From IMG/VR virus record IMGVR_UViG_3300032301_000738, positions 1 to 60,826 of that record: a stretch of DNA of 60,826 bases, one strand, 5' to 3'. The translations under genes and the position numbers were made by a program. Shown one piece after another: positions 17,055 through 25,165 of the stretch; position 1 is the first letter of the stretch, and each line of letters opens with the position of its first letter. The notes below the pieces were generated by a model. The model searched no databases. It worked only from the letters and a program-made list of their open reading frames with translations, and had not been told where the DNA came from. This stretch comes from a virus. Lineage: Duplodnaviria; Caudoviricetes.

Positions 17055-18173
17055 ATGGCGAGCAGCGTCGACTGGGCCCGTAGTATCGGCACCACCCTGA
17101 CCCTGCACCTCAAGGAAGAGGAGCAGACGACGTTTCGCAAGTTCAAGGTCTTCGCGGCCTTGCAGGCGAACGGCAACGTCGCGATGAATCAGGGAGGTCG
17201 CGGCTTCGACTGGCAGGTCCGCTATCGCAACATCCCCGTGTCGTCGTACACGGGCGAGTCGCCGCGAGTCTTCGCCCGCCACAACCTGTGGCAGCGCGCC
17301 TACCTGCCGTATCGCGGGTATTCCGTGACGGATCAGATCACAAAGCGGGAGATGCTGGAGAATCGCGGCCCCGCGCAACTGATCGACGTGGCCGGCAAGA
17401 TGTCGAACCGCCTGCGTGAGTCGATGGAGGAACACCTGAGTAGGGAGGTGTTCATCGACGGGTATGCCAGCGGCAACGACAACCGGTGGATGGGCCTTGA
17501 GTCCATGTTCGCCGTGAACGGCACGGTGAACGTCGCGACTGGTGCGCAGCGCACTGCCAACGCCGCCGACCCGTTCGGCTTCCCGAACGACGAGTACGCC
17601 GGACTCAAGACGGGTCTGGGCCAGTACGCCGGCTCGCAGTTGGCGACGGGCTCGTGGCCGAAGGTTCCGGCCGACGCTGAGTACGACTTCTGGAGCCCTC
17701 TGGTCTGTAACTACACCAGCACGGCCTTCGGCGGCGCCACCGCGACGTGGAAGGATCAGTGCATCGAGGCGATCCGCGAGTCGGTCCACCATGCCAAGCG
17801 CAACGACACGCGCGAGAACCAGATCGACATGATCCTTCTGGATCGGTCGCTCTACATCCAGTTCCTCAACCGGCTCGACAGCCGCGAGCGCGCCATCGTG
17901 TCGAAGACGAACGGCCTCAAGTCGTACGGCTTCGGCGATGTGGTCGAAATCGACGGCATCGAAACCGCGAGCGACTACGCCGTGCCGTCGGGCGTCGGGT
18001 ACGCCTTGTCGATCGGCAACATGGAGATGAAGGTGATGACCGGCCAACTGCTCGAAGCAGAGGGACCGTTCTACAACGAGGAACTTTCCGCGTATAGGTA
18101 CGCGGTCACGGTCCTCGCCAACATCAAGATGAAGTCACCTCGCAACTTCGTGAAGTTCGCCGCTCTGGCCTGA
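17055..18173 (+). CDS. major capsid protein
   Basis: 372 aa; GGRGFDWQVRY, ENRGPAQLIDV, FIDG, MGLESM; position after scaffold. Confidence 0.88.
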   Translation: MASSVDWARSIGTTLTLHLKEEEQTTFRKFKVFAALQANGNVAMNQGGRGFDWQVRYRNIPVSSYTGESPRVFARHNLWQRAYLPYRGYSVTDQITKREMLENRGPAQLIDVAGKMSNRLRESMEEHLSREVFIDGYASGNDNRWMGLESMFAVNGTVNVATGAQRTANAADPFGFPNDEYAGLKTGLGQYAGSQLATGSWPKVPADAEYDFWSPLVCNYTSTAFGGATATWKDQCIEAIRESVHHAKRNDTRENQIDMILLDRSLYIQFLNRLDSRERAIVSKTNGLKSYGFGDVVEIDGIETASDYAVPSGVGYALSIGNMEMKVMTGQLLEAEGPFYNEELSAYRYAVTVLANIKMKSPRNFVKFAALA

Positions 18174-18192
18174 GTAAGGAGAGACTCCGCAG

Positions 18193-18729
18193 ATGAGTAC
18201 GTTGACCGCTGATCCGGGATTCGCGCGCGGGCAGGTTCTGGGAATCACCCAGACCTATTACGAGGCCGATGTCGGTGATGGTTACAACATCGTGGGCGTT
18301 CGCAAGACGTTCCGCGACGAAGACCCCAAGACGGGCGTCCTCAACAGCAACCACACCGTCGAGTGCGTAGCCGTCAAGAACACGAGCGGCAGTGCCCTGC
18401 TTCCGGGCGATGTCGCCAAGTTCAAGGCCGGCGCAATCCTCTCGGAGGTGGACGGCAAGGCTTCGACCTCGACGCTCCTTATGGGCGTGGTGGACGAGTA
18501 CCTGCCGGCCGCTGGCGTCCCGAACGGGGAAATCTTCTGGCTCGTCGTGAACGGCCCCTCGACGGTCACGAAGACCTCGACGTCGGTCGCGGCGGGTGCG
18601 GCCTACGGCCTGTCGGCAACGGACGGTTCGGCGGCTGCGAAGAGCACGAACCCCCTGCTTGGCTACGCCATCGCGACGAGCGCCACGACTTCCGGTCGCA
18701 TCCTCGTCAAGACGGAAGCGGGCTTCTGA
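18193..18729 (+). CDS. capsid decoration/cement protein
   Basis: Small Ala/Thr/Gly-rich beta protein after the capsid gene, VKNTSGSALLPG, FWLVVNGP; followed by a terminator. Confidence 0.7.
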   Translation: MSTLTADPGFARGQVLGITQTYYEADVGDGYNIVGVRKTFRDEDPKTGVLNSNHTVECVAVKNTSGSALLPGDVAKFKAGAILSEVDGKASTSTLLMGVVDEYLPAAGVPNGEIFWLVVNGPSTVTKTSTSVAAGAAYGLSATDGSAAAKSTNPLLGYAIATSATTSGRILVKTEAGF

Positions 18730-18755
18730 TCTCATCGCCAGTGTCGCGTCACTGT

Positions 18756-18794
18756 AGCCGCAGGGGGGTTCGGACACCCTCCTGCGGCTTCTTC
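18756..18794 (+). terminator. intrinsic terminator
   Basis: AGCCGCAGGGGG/CCCTCCTGCGGCT stem followed by TCTTC. Confidence 0.7.
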
Positions 18795-18795
18795 A

Positions 18796-19014
18796 TTGGT
18801 GCCTGACGTGCCGATCCGCAATCAGCCAGACCCGATGACGCAGTTCGACGCTGATCGCGCGTCGATCATGGATCAACTCGGCAGGGCCGGCCTCCTCGAC
18901 TTCCCGGAACTGGAGGACTTCAAGGCCAAGCGCGAGGTGGGTGCCGGGAGCCTGCCGACGCCGAAGGACGGCATGGCGCCGATGATCCGCAGCGTCCCGC
19001 AAGCCGACAGGTGA
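18796..19014 (+). CDS. small hypothetical protein (start uncertain)
   Basis: Up to 72 aa ORF filling the gap. Confidence 0.5.
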   Translation: MVPDVPIRNQPDPMTQFDADRASIMDQLGRAGLLDFPELEDFKAKREVGAGSLPTPKDGMAPMIRSVPQADR

Positions 19015-19017
19015 CGC

Positions 19018-19695
19018 ATGCCAACGCGCGTCTGCATCGACTGCGGCCACGACGCCCCTCTAACCACAGCCCACTACCGCCGCAAGAAGTCCGGCGAGTG
19101 GGACACGCGCTGCCTTGTGTGCCGCGCTAAAGTGAACAGGGGCAAGAAGGCCAAGCAGAAGGAGCGCGACACAAAGGCCATCGAGGCGTCGGCCCTGCGT
19201 CAGTTCACGCAGGCAGCGCAGCGTGGTGGCGCGAACATCCCGCACTCCAGCGAGTTGCTGGAACGGCTCATGGAGTATTTCGGCGGTACGAGCGGGTTCG
19301 CCGCCATGATGGTCAAGCAGTATTTTGACGCACCTCCGGGCGGAGCCCATCGCACCAAACTGCTGGAGGGCATCGTCCGGTTGGTCACCAAGAACACCGA
19401 ACTGGGCGGCGCCAAGAAGCCACTGACCCAGTGGTCGGACGCCGAGTTGGAGTCGGAACTTGACAAGCGTCTAAGCAGCATCGCACTCAGCATGCAGGGA
19501 GCGTTCATCAATGTCCAAGTCGCGCCGCAAACCCCCCAAGATTTCGCCGCTGCCGTCGGTCAGTCGCTTGGGCACATTCCAGCAGAACGAGTTGAAGGAG
19601 ATGCAGGCGGAACTGGCGAGCCGCCGCATCGAAGCACTGCGCTTATACCGACCGACGAGCCAGCAGGAGGAAGTCCATCAGTGCAAGGCGAGTGA
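19018..19695 (+). CDS. putative terminase small subunit with N-terminal Zn finger
   Basis: CIDC...CLVC, helical body, WSDAELESEL; directly upstream of and overlapping terL. Confidence 0.55.
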   Translation: MPTRVCIDCGHDAPLTTAHYRRKKSGEWDTRCLVCRAKVNRGKKAKQKERDTKAIEASALRQFTQAAQRGGANIPHSSELLERLMEYFGGTSGFAAMMVKQYFDAPPGGAHRTKLLEGIVRLVTKNTELGGAKKPLTQWSDAELESELDKRLSSIALSMQGAFINVQVAPQTPQDFAAAVGQSLGHIPAERVEGDAGGTGEPPHRSTALIPTDEPAGGSPSVQGE

Positions 19696-21217
19696 AGTCC
19701 TCGTGCTTGGCGGCAACCGCTCCGGCAAATCGCTTTGCACGTTCGTGGAGGACGCCCGTGCCGTGACGGGGCGCGATCCGCACGGTAAGTACCCCGAGAA
19801 GGACGGCATCCTCGTCGTTGTTGGCAAGGATTGGAAGCACATCGGGCTCGTGGTGTACCCGCTCCTGTTCATGGCGGGTGCGTTCAAGATCATCAAGGAC
19901 GAGCAGACCGGCGAGTGGCGCGCCTACGACCCCACCACCGACGCGCACCGCAGCAAGGACGCCAAGCCGGCCCCGCCGCTCATCCCGCCGCGCATGGTGT
20001 CCAAGAAGTCGTGGATTCTAAAGTCCGCTCGGTACATCCAGTCCTGTCAGTTGGTCAATGGGTGGCAAATCTACTTCTTCTCGTCGGAGGGAGAGCCGCC
20101 GCAAGGTTTTTCTGCCAACAGAGTCCACATCGACGAGGACGTGAACAACGGCGACTCGTGGGTGCCGGAGATGCAGGCCCGCCTTTCGGATCGCAAGGGC
20201 GTCCTGTGCTGGTCGGCCATGCCACACAGCCGCAACGACGCGCTGCTTGGTCTGGCGGAGCGCGCCGACAAGGAGGTCGAAATCGGTCGAGAGAATCCCG
20301 ACATCGTGAAGTACCAATTGCGGTTCCTCGACAACCCGCACATCGACGCCGAAGAGAAGCGCAAGAACATTGAGCGGTGGTCCGCGCTCGGCGTGGACGT
20401 ACTGCGCATGCGCGCGGAAGGCGAGTTCATCAGCGACTCGATCCTGTGCTATCCCACCTACTCGATCCACGTTCACGGCTACGACAGGGGCGACCTGCCC
20501 AACAACGTCGTCCCGCCGGACTGGTGCCGCTACGTGGCGATCGATCCGGGACATGCCGTCACGGCGGCGCTCTTTGCGGCAGTCCCGCCCGACGAATCGA
20601 TGCTGCTGATCTACGACCAACTCTATATCCGGCAGTGCAACGCCATCACGTTCGGCGAGAAGATGGCGGAGAAGTGCAGGGGGCAGGCGTTCTACGCCTT
20701 CATCATCGACATGCACGGCGGCCGGCTGCGCGAGATCGGCTCGGGGCGGCTCCCAGTCGAACTGTACACGGAGCAACTGAAGTCGCGGGAGGTCGCCAGC
20801 CAGACGACGGGGCACAGTTTTCTGGCCGGCTGCGACGACGTGCAGGCCCGCATGGCGGCCGTCCAGAACTACCTGCACATCCGGCCGGAGGGCACGCCCA
20901 CCCTGCGCGTCCTGCGCAGTTCGGTTCCGGACCTAGAGCGGGAACTGAAGCGCTACAAAAAGAAGACCCAGTTGGTGGCCGGCTCGTACATCGTCACGGA
21001 CCAGCCCAATACGCGCGGCGAAGTGCATGCCTGCCAGTGTCTGGAGTACCTCTGTGCCTATCGACCTCGCTATCACAAGCCCAAACTAGAGACTGGTGCG
21101 GAGCCATGGTACGTGGAGTGGATGCGTAAGCGCCGCAAGCGCTTGTCGGCCGAAGCCGACGACTTCATCTATCTCGGCCCCCAGTCAGGAGCCCAATATG
21201 GAAGTCGAATCCTTTAG
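19511..21217 (+). CDS. terL: terminase large subunit
   Basis: Walker A GGNRSGKS, Walker B HIDED, DNPHID, nuclease AIDPG. Confidence 0.92.
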   Translation: MSKSRRKPPKISPLPSVSRLGTFQQNELKEMQAELASRRIEALRLYRPTSQQEEVHQCKASEVLVLGGNRSGKSLCTFVEDARAVTGRDPHGKYPEKDGILVVVGKDWKHIGLVVYPLLFMAGAFKIIKDEQTGEWRAYDPTTDAHRSKDAKPAPPLIPPRMVSKKSWILKSARYIQSCQLVNGWQIYFFSSEGEPPQGFSANRVHIDEDVNNGDSWVPEMQARLSDRKGVLCWSAMPHSRNDALLGLAERADKEVEIGRENPDIVKYQLRFLDNPHIDAEEKRKNIERWSALGVDVLRMRAEGEFISDSILCYPTYSIHVHGYDRGDLPNNVVPPDWCRYVAIDPGHAVTAALFAAVPPDESMLLIYDQLYIRQCNAITFGEKMAEKCRGQAFYAFIIDMHGGRLREIGSGRLPVELYTEQLKSREVASQTTGHSFLAGCDDVQARMAAVQNYLHIRPEGTPTLRVLRSSVPDLERELKRYKKKTQLVAGSYIVTDQPNTRGEVHACQCLEYLCAYRPRYHKPKLETGAEPWYVEWMRKRRKRLSAEADDFIYLGPQSGAQYGSRIL

Positions 21218-21554
21218 TCCTCCGGCCGTCCGTCCGGGCGACTGCGTCTACTACTACAGCGACCCGCTCAACTGCAACGACCCGAGTGTCGGCTGGGTGA
21301 TCGGCCGTCCGGGCGTCAACACCGTCAACGTCCTCGTCTTCACGCCGTTCAACGGGTTCGAGCAAAAGCCATCCGTCCGCCACAAGGACGATCCGGGCCT
21401 GCAAGAGAACGCCGACTGGCGCCAGTGGGGCAGTTGGGAATACGCGCCGCAGACTGCCCAACTCAAGAAGTTGGAAAGCATGATGGCGCAGATCGCGTCG
21501 TTGACAGAGCAGGTCGCGCTCCAGAGGAAGCAGCCAAGTGGAACCAACCGGTGA
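21198..21554 (+). CDS. hypothetical protein
   Basis: 118 aa between terL and portal, SD AGGAG. Confidence 0.7.
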   Translation: MEVESFSPPAVRPGDCVYYYSDPLNCNDPSVGWVIGRPGVNTVNVLVFTPFNGFEQKPSVRHKDDPGLQENADWRQWGSWEYAPQTAQLKKLESMMAQIASLTEQVALQRKQPSGTNR

Positions 21555-23556
21555 AGATGCCCTGCGCGCGATAGCGCACGGGTGGCTCAAGAAGATCGAA
21601 CTGGCACTCAAGCACAAGCGGCCCTTCACGGAGGATGCCCGCGAGGCCATGTCGTTCTTCGACGGCCCGCACAACTGGTTCTGGCGCGACACCTACGCCC
21701 GCCACGAGCACGGCTACAACCGCACGATTGCTCCGCCTGCGTTTCGCATGCAGATCAATCGCGTGTTCGAGGCGGTCAAGTTGTTCGGCAGCGTCATCTA
21801 CCACCGCAATCCGGTGCGCACGGTGTCGCCCACCATGTACCCGTTCGTCTCTCCGGAGACGCTGGGCGTGGTGGACGAGCAGTCGATGATGGCGTACCAG
21901 CAGGCGGCGATGGAGACGCAGCAGCGCACGGAGGTGCGTCGGCTCGTGTCCCTTCTGCTGGATCGCTACCTCAACTACACGCCCAATGAACTCGATCTCA
22001 AGACGCACAGCCGGCGCGTCGTGGACGAGGGCATCATCAAGGGCATGGGCGTGTGGTGGACGGAACTCGTCACGATTCCGGGCTCCAACTACCGCATCGT
22101 CGGGTCGTTCGCCGACAGCGTGGACAACCTTGCGCTCGACCCTGACGCCACCGAGATCGAGGACATTACGTGGTGCGCCCGCCGCTGCGTGCATCCGATC
22201 GACGTAGTGGCGCAGAAGTACGGGCTCGACAGGGACCAACTCAAGGGCCACTTGGAGGGCGCGCGTCCGGTCGGTCAGGAAGTGGACGAGCAAATCTTCA
22301 TGAACGAGGAGCACCCGTATAAGGGTCGCCGCGTCGGGAAGAGCAACGAACTCGTCACGTACTGGAAGATTTGGAGCAAGACCGGCATGGGCGACCGTCT
22401 CAAGGACGCCCCGAAGGAACTGGTCGGAGCCTTCGACAGCGTCGGAGAGAACTGCTACCTCGTCGTGTGCGAGGGCGTGAACTTCCCGCTGAACATGCCG
22501 CCCTCGATGCTGGAGCAGCCGGTCGAAGGCGAGACTGGCGTCCCGGAGTCTCTCTTCCGTGCCGTGCAGTGGCCGATCCCGTTCTGGGCAGAGCCCAACG
22601 GGTGGCCGTTCGTGCCGCTCGACTTCCACCGCAAGCCCGGATACGTGTGGCCCATCAGCCACATCAAGCCGGGCATTGGCGAGTTGCGGTTCCTGAACTT
22701 CGCGATGTCCTTCTTGGCGCAGCGCGTGGCTGTCAGTTGCGAGACGATGCTTGGCGTCAGCAAGGCTGCGGACCAAGACATCAAAGACCAGATACTCGCG
22801 CAGTCGGAGAAGGGCTTCAAGATCGTGGAGATCAGCGAGACGCTGGGGCGCAGCGTCAACGACCTCATCTCCGTGTTCCAGATGCCGGAGGTGTCGCCGG
22901 AACTCTGGAAGATCATCCAAGCCGTCACGGACATGTTCGACAAGCGCGTCGGCCTGACGGAACTGGCGTACGCCATGACCAGTTCCCAGATGCGCAGTGC
23001 CACAGAAGCCAGCGTGCGGGCAGAGCAACTGTCGGTGCGCCCAGACGACATGGCGAACCGGCTCGAAGACGCTATGAGCCTGCTGGCTCGCCGTGAGGCG
23101 TTCGCTGCCCGCTGGCTGCTGGAGCCGCAGGACGTGGAGCCCATTCTTGGCCCGCTCGGCGCGGCCTCGTGGGCGCAGCACGTAGCCACGATGGACCCCG
23201 ACGCCATTGCCCGTGAGTTCGACTACCGCATCGAGGCTGGATCGGCGCGCAAGCCGAACAAGGCCACGCGCGTCGAGCAGATGCAGGCGGCGCTCCAGAC
23301 GCTTGGCCCAATCCTGCAAGGGCTCGTGCCGATGGGCGTCGTGGACCCGCTCAACGCCCTCATCTCGGACTGGGCCGACAGCCTCGACATCGACGCGCGC
23401 CCGTACCTCATCCCGCCTCCGCCCCCGCCGCAGCCACCGATGCCGCCGGCTGGGCCTCAGGGAGGGCCTCCTCCGGGCCTTCTCGCTCCGCCGCCACCAG
23501 ACGCCATGCCGGCCGAAGGGCCGCCTCCTAGCGTGCCTCCGGAGTTGTCTCCATGA
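21538..23556 (+). CDS. portal protein
   Basis: 672 aa after terL; RSATEA, IEAGSARKPN, Pro-rich tail typical of P22/T7-like portals. Confidence 0.85.
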   Translation: MEPTGEDALRAIAHGWLKKIELALKHKRPFTEDAREAMSFFDGPHNWFWRDTYARHEHGYNRTIAPPAFRMQINRVFEAVKLFGSVIYHRNPVRTVSPTMYPFVSPETLGVVDEQSMMAYQQAAMETQQRTEVRRLVSLLLDRYLNYTPNELDLKTHSRRVVDEGIIKGMGVWWTELVTIPGSNYRIVGSFADSVDNLALDPDATEIEDITWCARRCVHPIDVVAQKYGLDRDQLKGHLEGARPVGQEVDEQIFMNEEHPYKGRRVGKSNELVTYWKIWSKTGMGDRLKDAPKELVGAFDSVGENCYLVVCEGVNFPLNMPPSMLEQPVEGETGVPESLFRAVQWPIPFWAEPNGWPFVPLDFHRKPGYVWPISHIKPGIGELRFLNFAMSFLAQRVAVSCETMLGVSKAADQDIKDQILAQSEKGFKIVEISETLGRSVNDLISVFQMPEVSPELWKIIQAVTDMFDKRVGLTELAYAMTSSQMRSATEASVRAEQLSVRPDDMANRLEDAMSLLARREAFAARWLLEPQDVEPILGPLGAASWAQHVATMDPDAIAREFDYRIEAGSARKPNKATRVEQMQAALQTLGPILQGLVPMGVVDPLNALISDWADSLDIDARPYLIPPPPPPQPPMPPAGPQGGPPPGLLAPPPPDAMPAEGPPPSVPPELSP

Positions 23557-24095
23557 CGCAGTACCCGCCCGACATCGAGGCCGCAGGGCCGGCCGTGCAG
23601 AAGCACTACGAGCGCATGGTGGCGGCAGGCCAGTCGCCCCGTTTCGCGGAAATGTGCGCCCTCCAGCACCCTCCGGGCACGCGAGGAACCGACCGCTCGT
23701 TCATGGAGGGCCGCTTGGCGGGCCAGTGGCTGGACGGACTTCCCAAGAAGCAGGCGGAGTGGATGGTCCGCGAGGCGAAGGCCGCAGGCATAAATACATC
23801 GGGGCGGTTCTACATGGGCGGGATAGCCGACAAGCGCGGCCACCTCGACCCAGAGGCGTGGGTGGATTCGGCTGGCGACGTGCTGCGGGTAGCCAAGAAG
23901 CGCGACTTAGAGGTGCATGGGATCGTTGACTACGTGCCGCCGCAGAAGGGCCCTCCCAAAGAGGTCGACATCAACCCGCGCATTTTGCGAGAGCACGTCA
24001 AGAAGGAACTGAAGCAGAACCCTCGCATGCGTCGCGAGGAGGCCGTCGAGAAAGTCAAGGACCGAATCGTCCCGCACTGGAAGAGGAAGAAGTAA
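23553..24095 (+). CDS. hypothetical protein
   Basis: 180 aa coupled to the portal gene. Confidence 0.7.
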   Translation: MTQYPPDIEAAGPAVQKHYERMVAAGQSPRFAEMCALQHPPGTRGTDRSFMEGRLAGQWLDGLPKKQAEWMVREAKAAGINTSGRFYMGGIADKRGHLDPEAWVDSAGDVLRVAKKRDLEVHGIVDYVPPQKGPPKEVDINPRILREHVKKELKQNPRMRREEAVEKVKDRIVPHWKRKK

Positions 24096-24427
24096 TGGCG
24101 AACAAGATCGAGCGACTGAACTCCGTCACGCCCGCGTACGTGGCGACTGCCAGCGCCAGCACGAGCCCGCGCATCCCGTTCGGCGCTGCGGCCAGCGGCG
24201 TTGTGGTCGTGACCGTCGTCAGCGGCTCGCCGACCAAAATCTCATGGCACGCTGCGCTGGAGCCGGAGGGCACGGCGTACGCCGTCAAGTCGGGAGGCTC
24301 CGCCGTCGAGACGACCATTGCGTCCGGCGAGGCATATCCGATTCCGGACGCACTCGCTGGGGCGTCGTACCTCGTGGCGGTGGTGGATGCCGGCACGGCG
24401 ACCGTTCGTCTCAGCGTGAAGGGGTGA
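24095..24427 (+). CDS. small virion beta-rich protein
   Basis: 110 aa Ala/Ser/Val-rich, coupled. Confidence 0.65.
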   Translation: MANKIERLNSVTPAYVATASASTSPRIPFGAAASGVVVVTVVSGSPTKISWHAALEPEGTAYAVKSGGSAVETTIASGEAYPIPDALAGASYLVAVVDAGTATVRLSVKG

Positions 24428-24430
24428 CGC

Positions 24431-25165
24431 ATGCCGGCTGCTCTGGTTCGCTTGCAGGTTCGGTATGACACGGCCGCCAACTGGGCGTCGTCGAACCCCG
24501 TGCTGCTTGCCGGAGAGCCCGGCATGGAGACGGATACGGGGCGCGTCAAGTTCGGCAATGGCACTTCAAACTGGGCGGCGCTTCCGTACACCGACGCGGC
24601 CGGACTGTCCTCTACGGCCCCGCAGCCGCTAGGGTCGGCGGCCGCAGGCACATCGTCACGGGCTGCTCGCGCAGATCACGTCCACGACCTGCCGACAAGC
24701 CTGCTCGTGTCGGCGCTGTCCACGACCGGCAACGTCGTCGTAGGCGGCAACCTGCAAGTCATTGGCAGTCTTTCCACAGGCTCCACCACGATCAACGCAT
24801 CGTCCGTGATCGGCCTGTCGGAGGCTGTGGACGATCGAGTCGCTGCCCTTGTGGTAGCCGGCTCGGGCGTGTCGGTGACGTACAACGACACGGCGGGCAC
24901 GCTCACGATCGGCGTCGCGGCGCACACGCACGCGATTGCAGACATCACGGGGCTCGTCACGTCGCTGGCAGGCAAGGCGGCCACGACCCACACGCATGTC
25001 GTCGGCGATGTGACTGGGTTGTCTGGTGAACTGGCGGCTCGTCCGACCAGCACAATCACCGGCATCACCGGCGCGGCGGCGATCACGAACATCGTCTCGA
25101 TCTCGCAGGCGAACTATGACTCGCTGTCGCCGAAGAGCCCCACCACGCTGTACGTGATTACCTAA
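24431..25165 (+). CDS. fibre protein with Mtd-N/hyaluronidase-N-like anchor
   Basis: DTAANWASSNPVLLAGEPGMETDTGRVKFGNG, ARADHVH, HTHxIxDxTGL repeats. Confidence 0.8.
   Translation: MPAALVRLQVRYDTAANWASSNPVLLAGEPGMETDTGRVKFGNGTSNWAALPYTDAAGLSSTAPQPLGSAAAGTSSRAARADHVHDLPTSLLVSALSTTGNVVVGGNLQVIGSLSTGSTTINASSVIGLSEAVDDRVAALVVAGSGVSVTYNDTAGTLTIGVAAHTHAIADITGLVTSLAGKAATTHTHVVGDVTGLSGELAARPTSTITGITGAAAITNIVSISQANYDSLSPKSPTTLYVIT

Noticed and set aside
9350-23319. Long antisense ORFs (e.g. 9350-10837 +, 14493-15875 -, 16926-18047 -, 21463-23319 -)
   Set aside because: Shadow frames of GC-rich genes that carry clear motifs on the other strand; no motifs or SD of their own
23788-23798. GCATAAATAC as another late promoter
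   Set aside because: Mid-gene, about 300 nt from the next start, and a weaker match to the consensus
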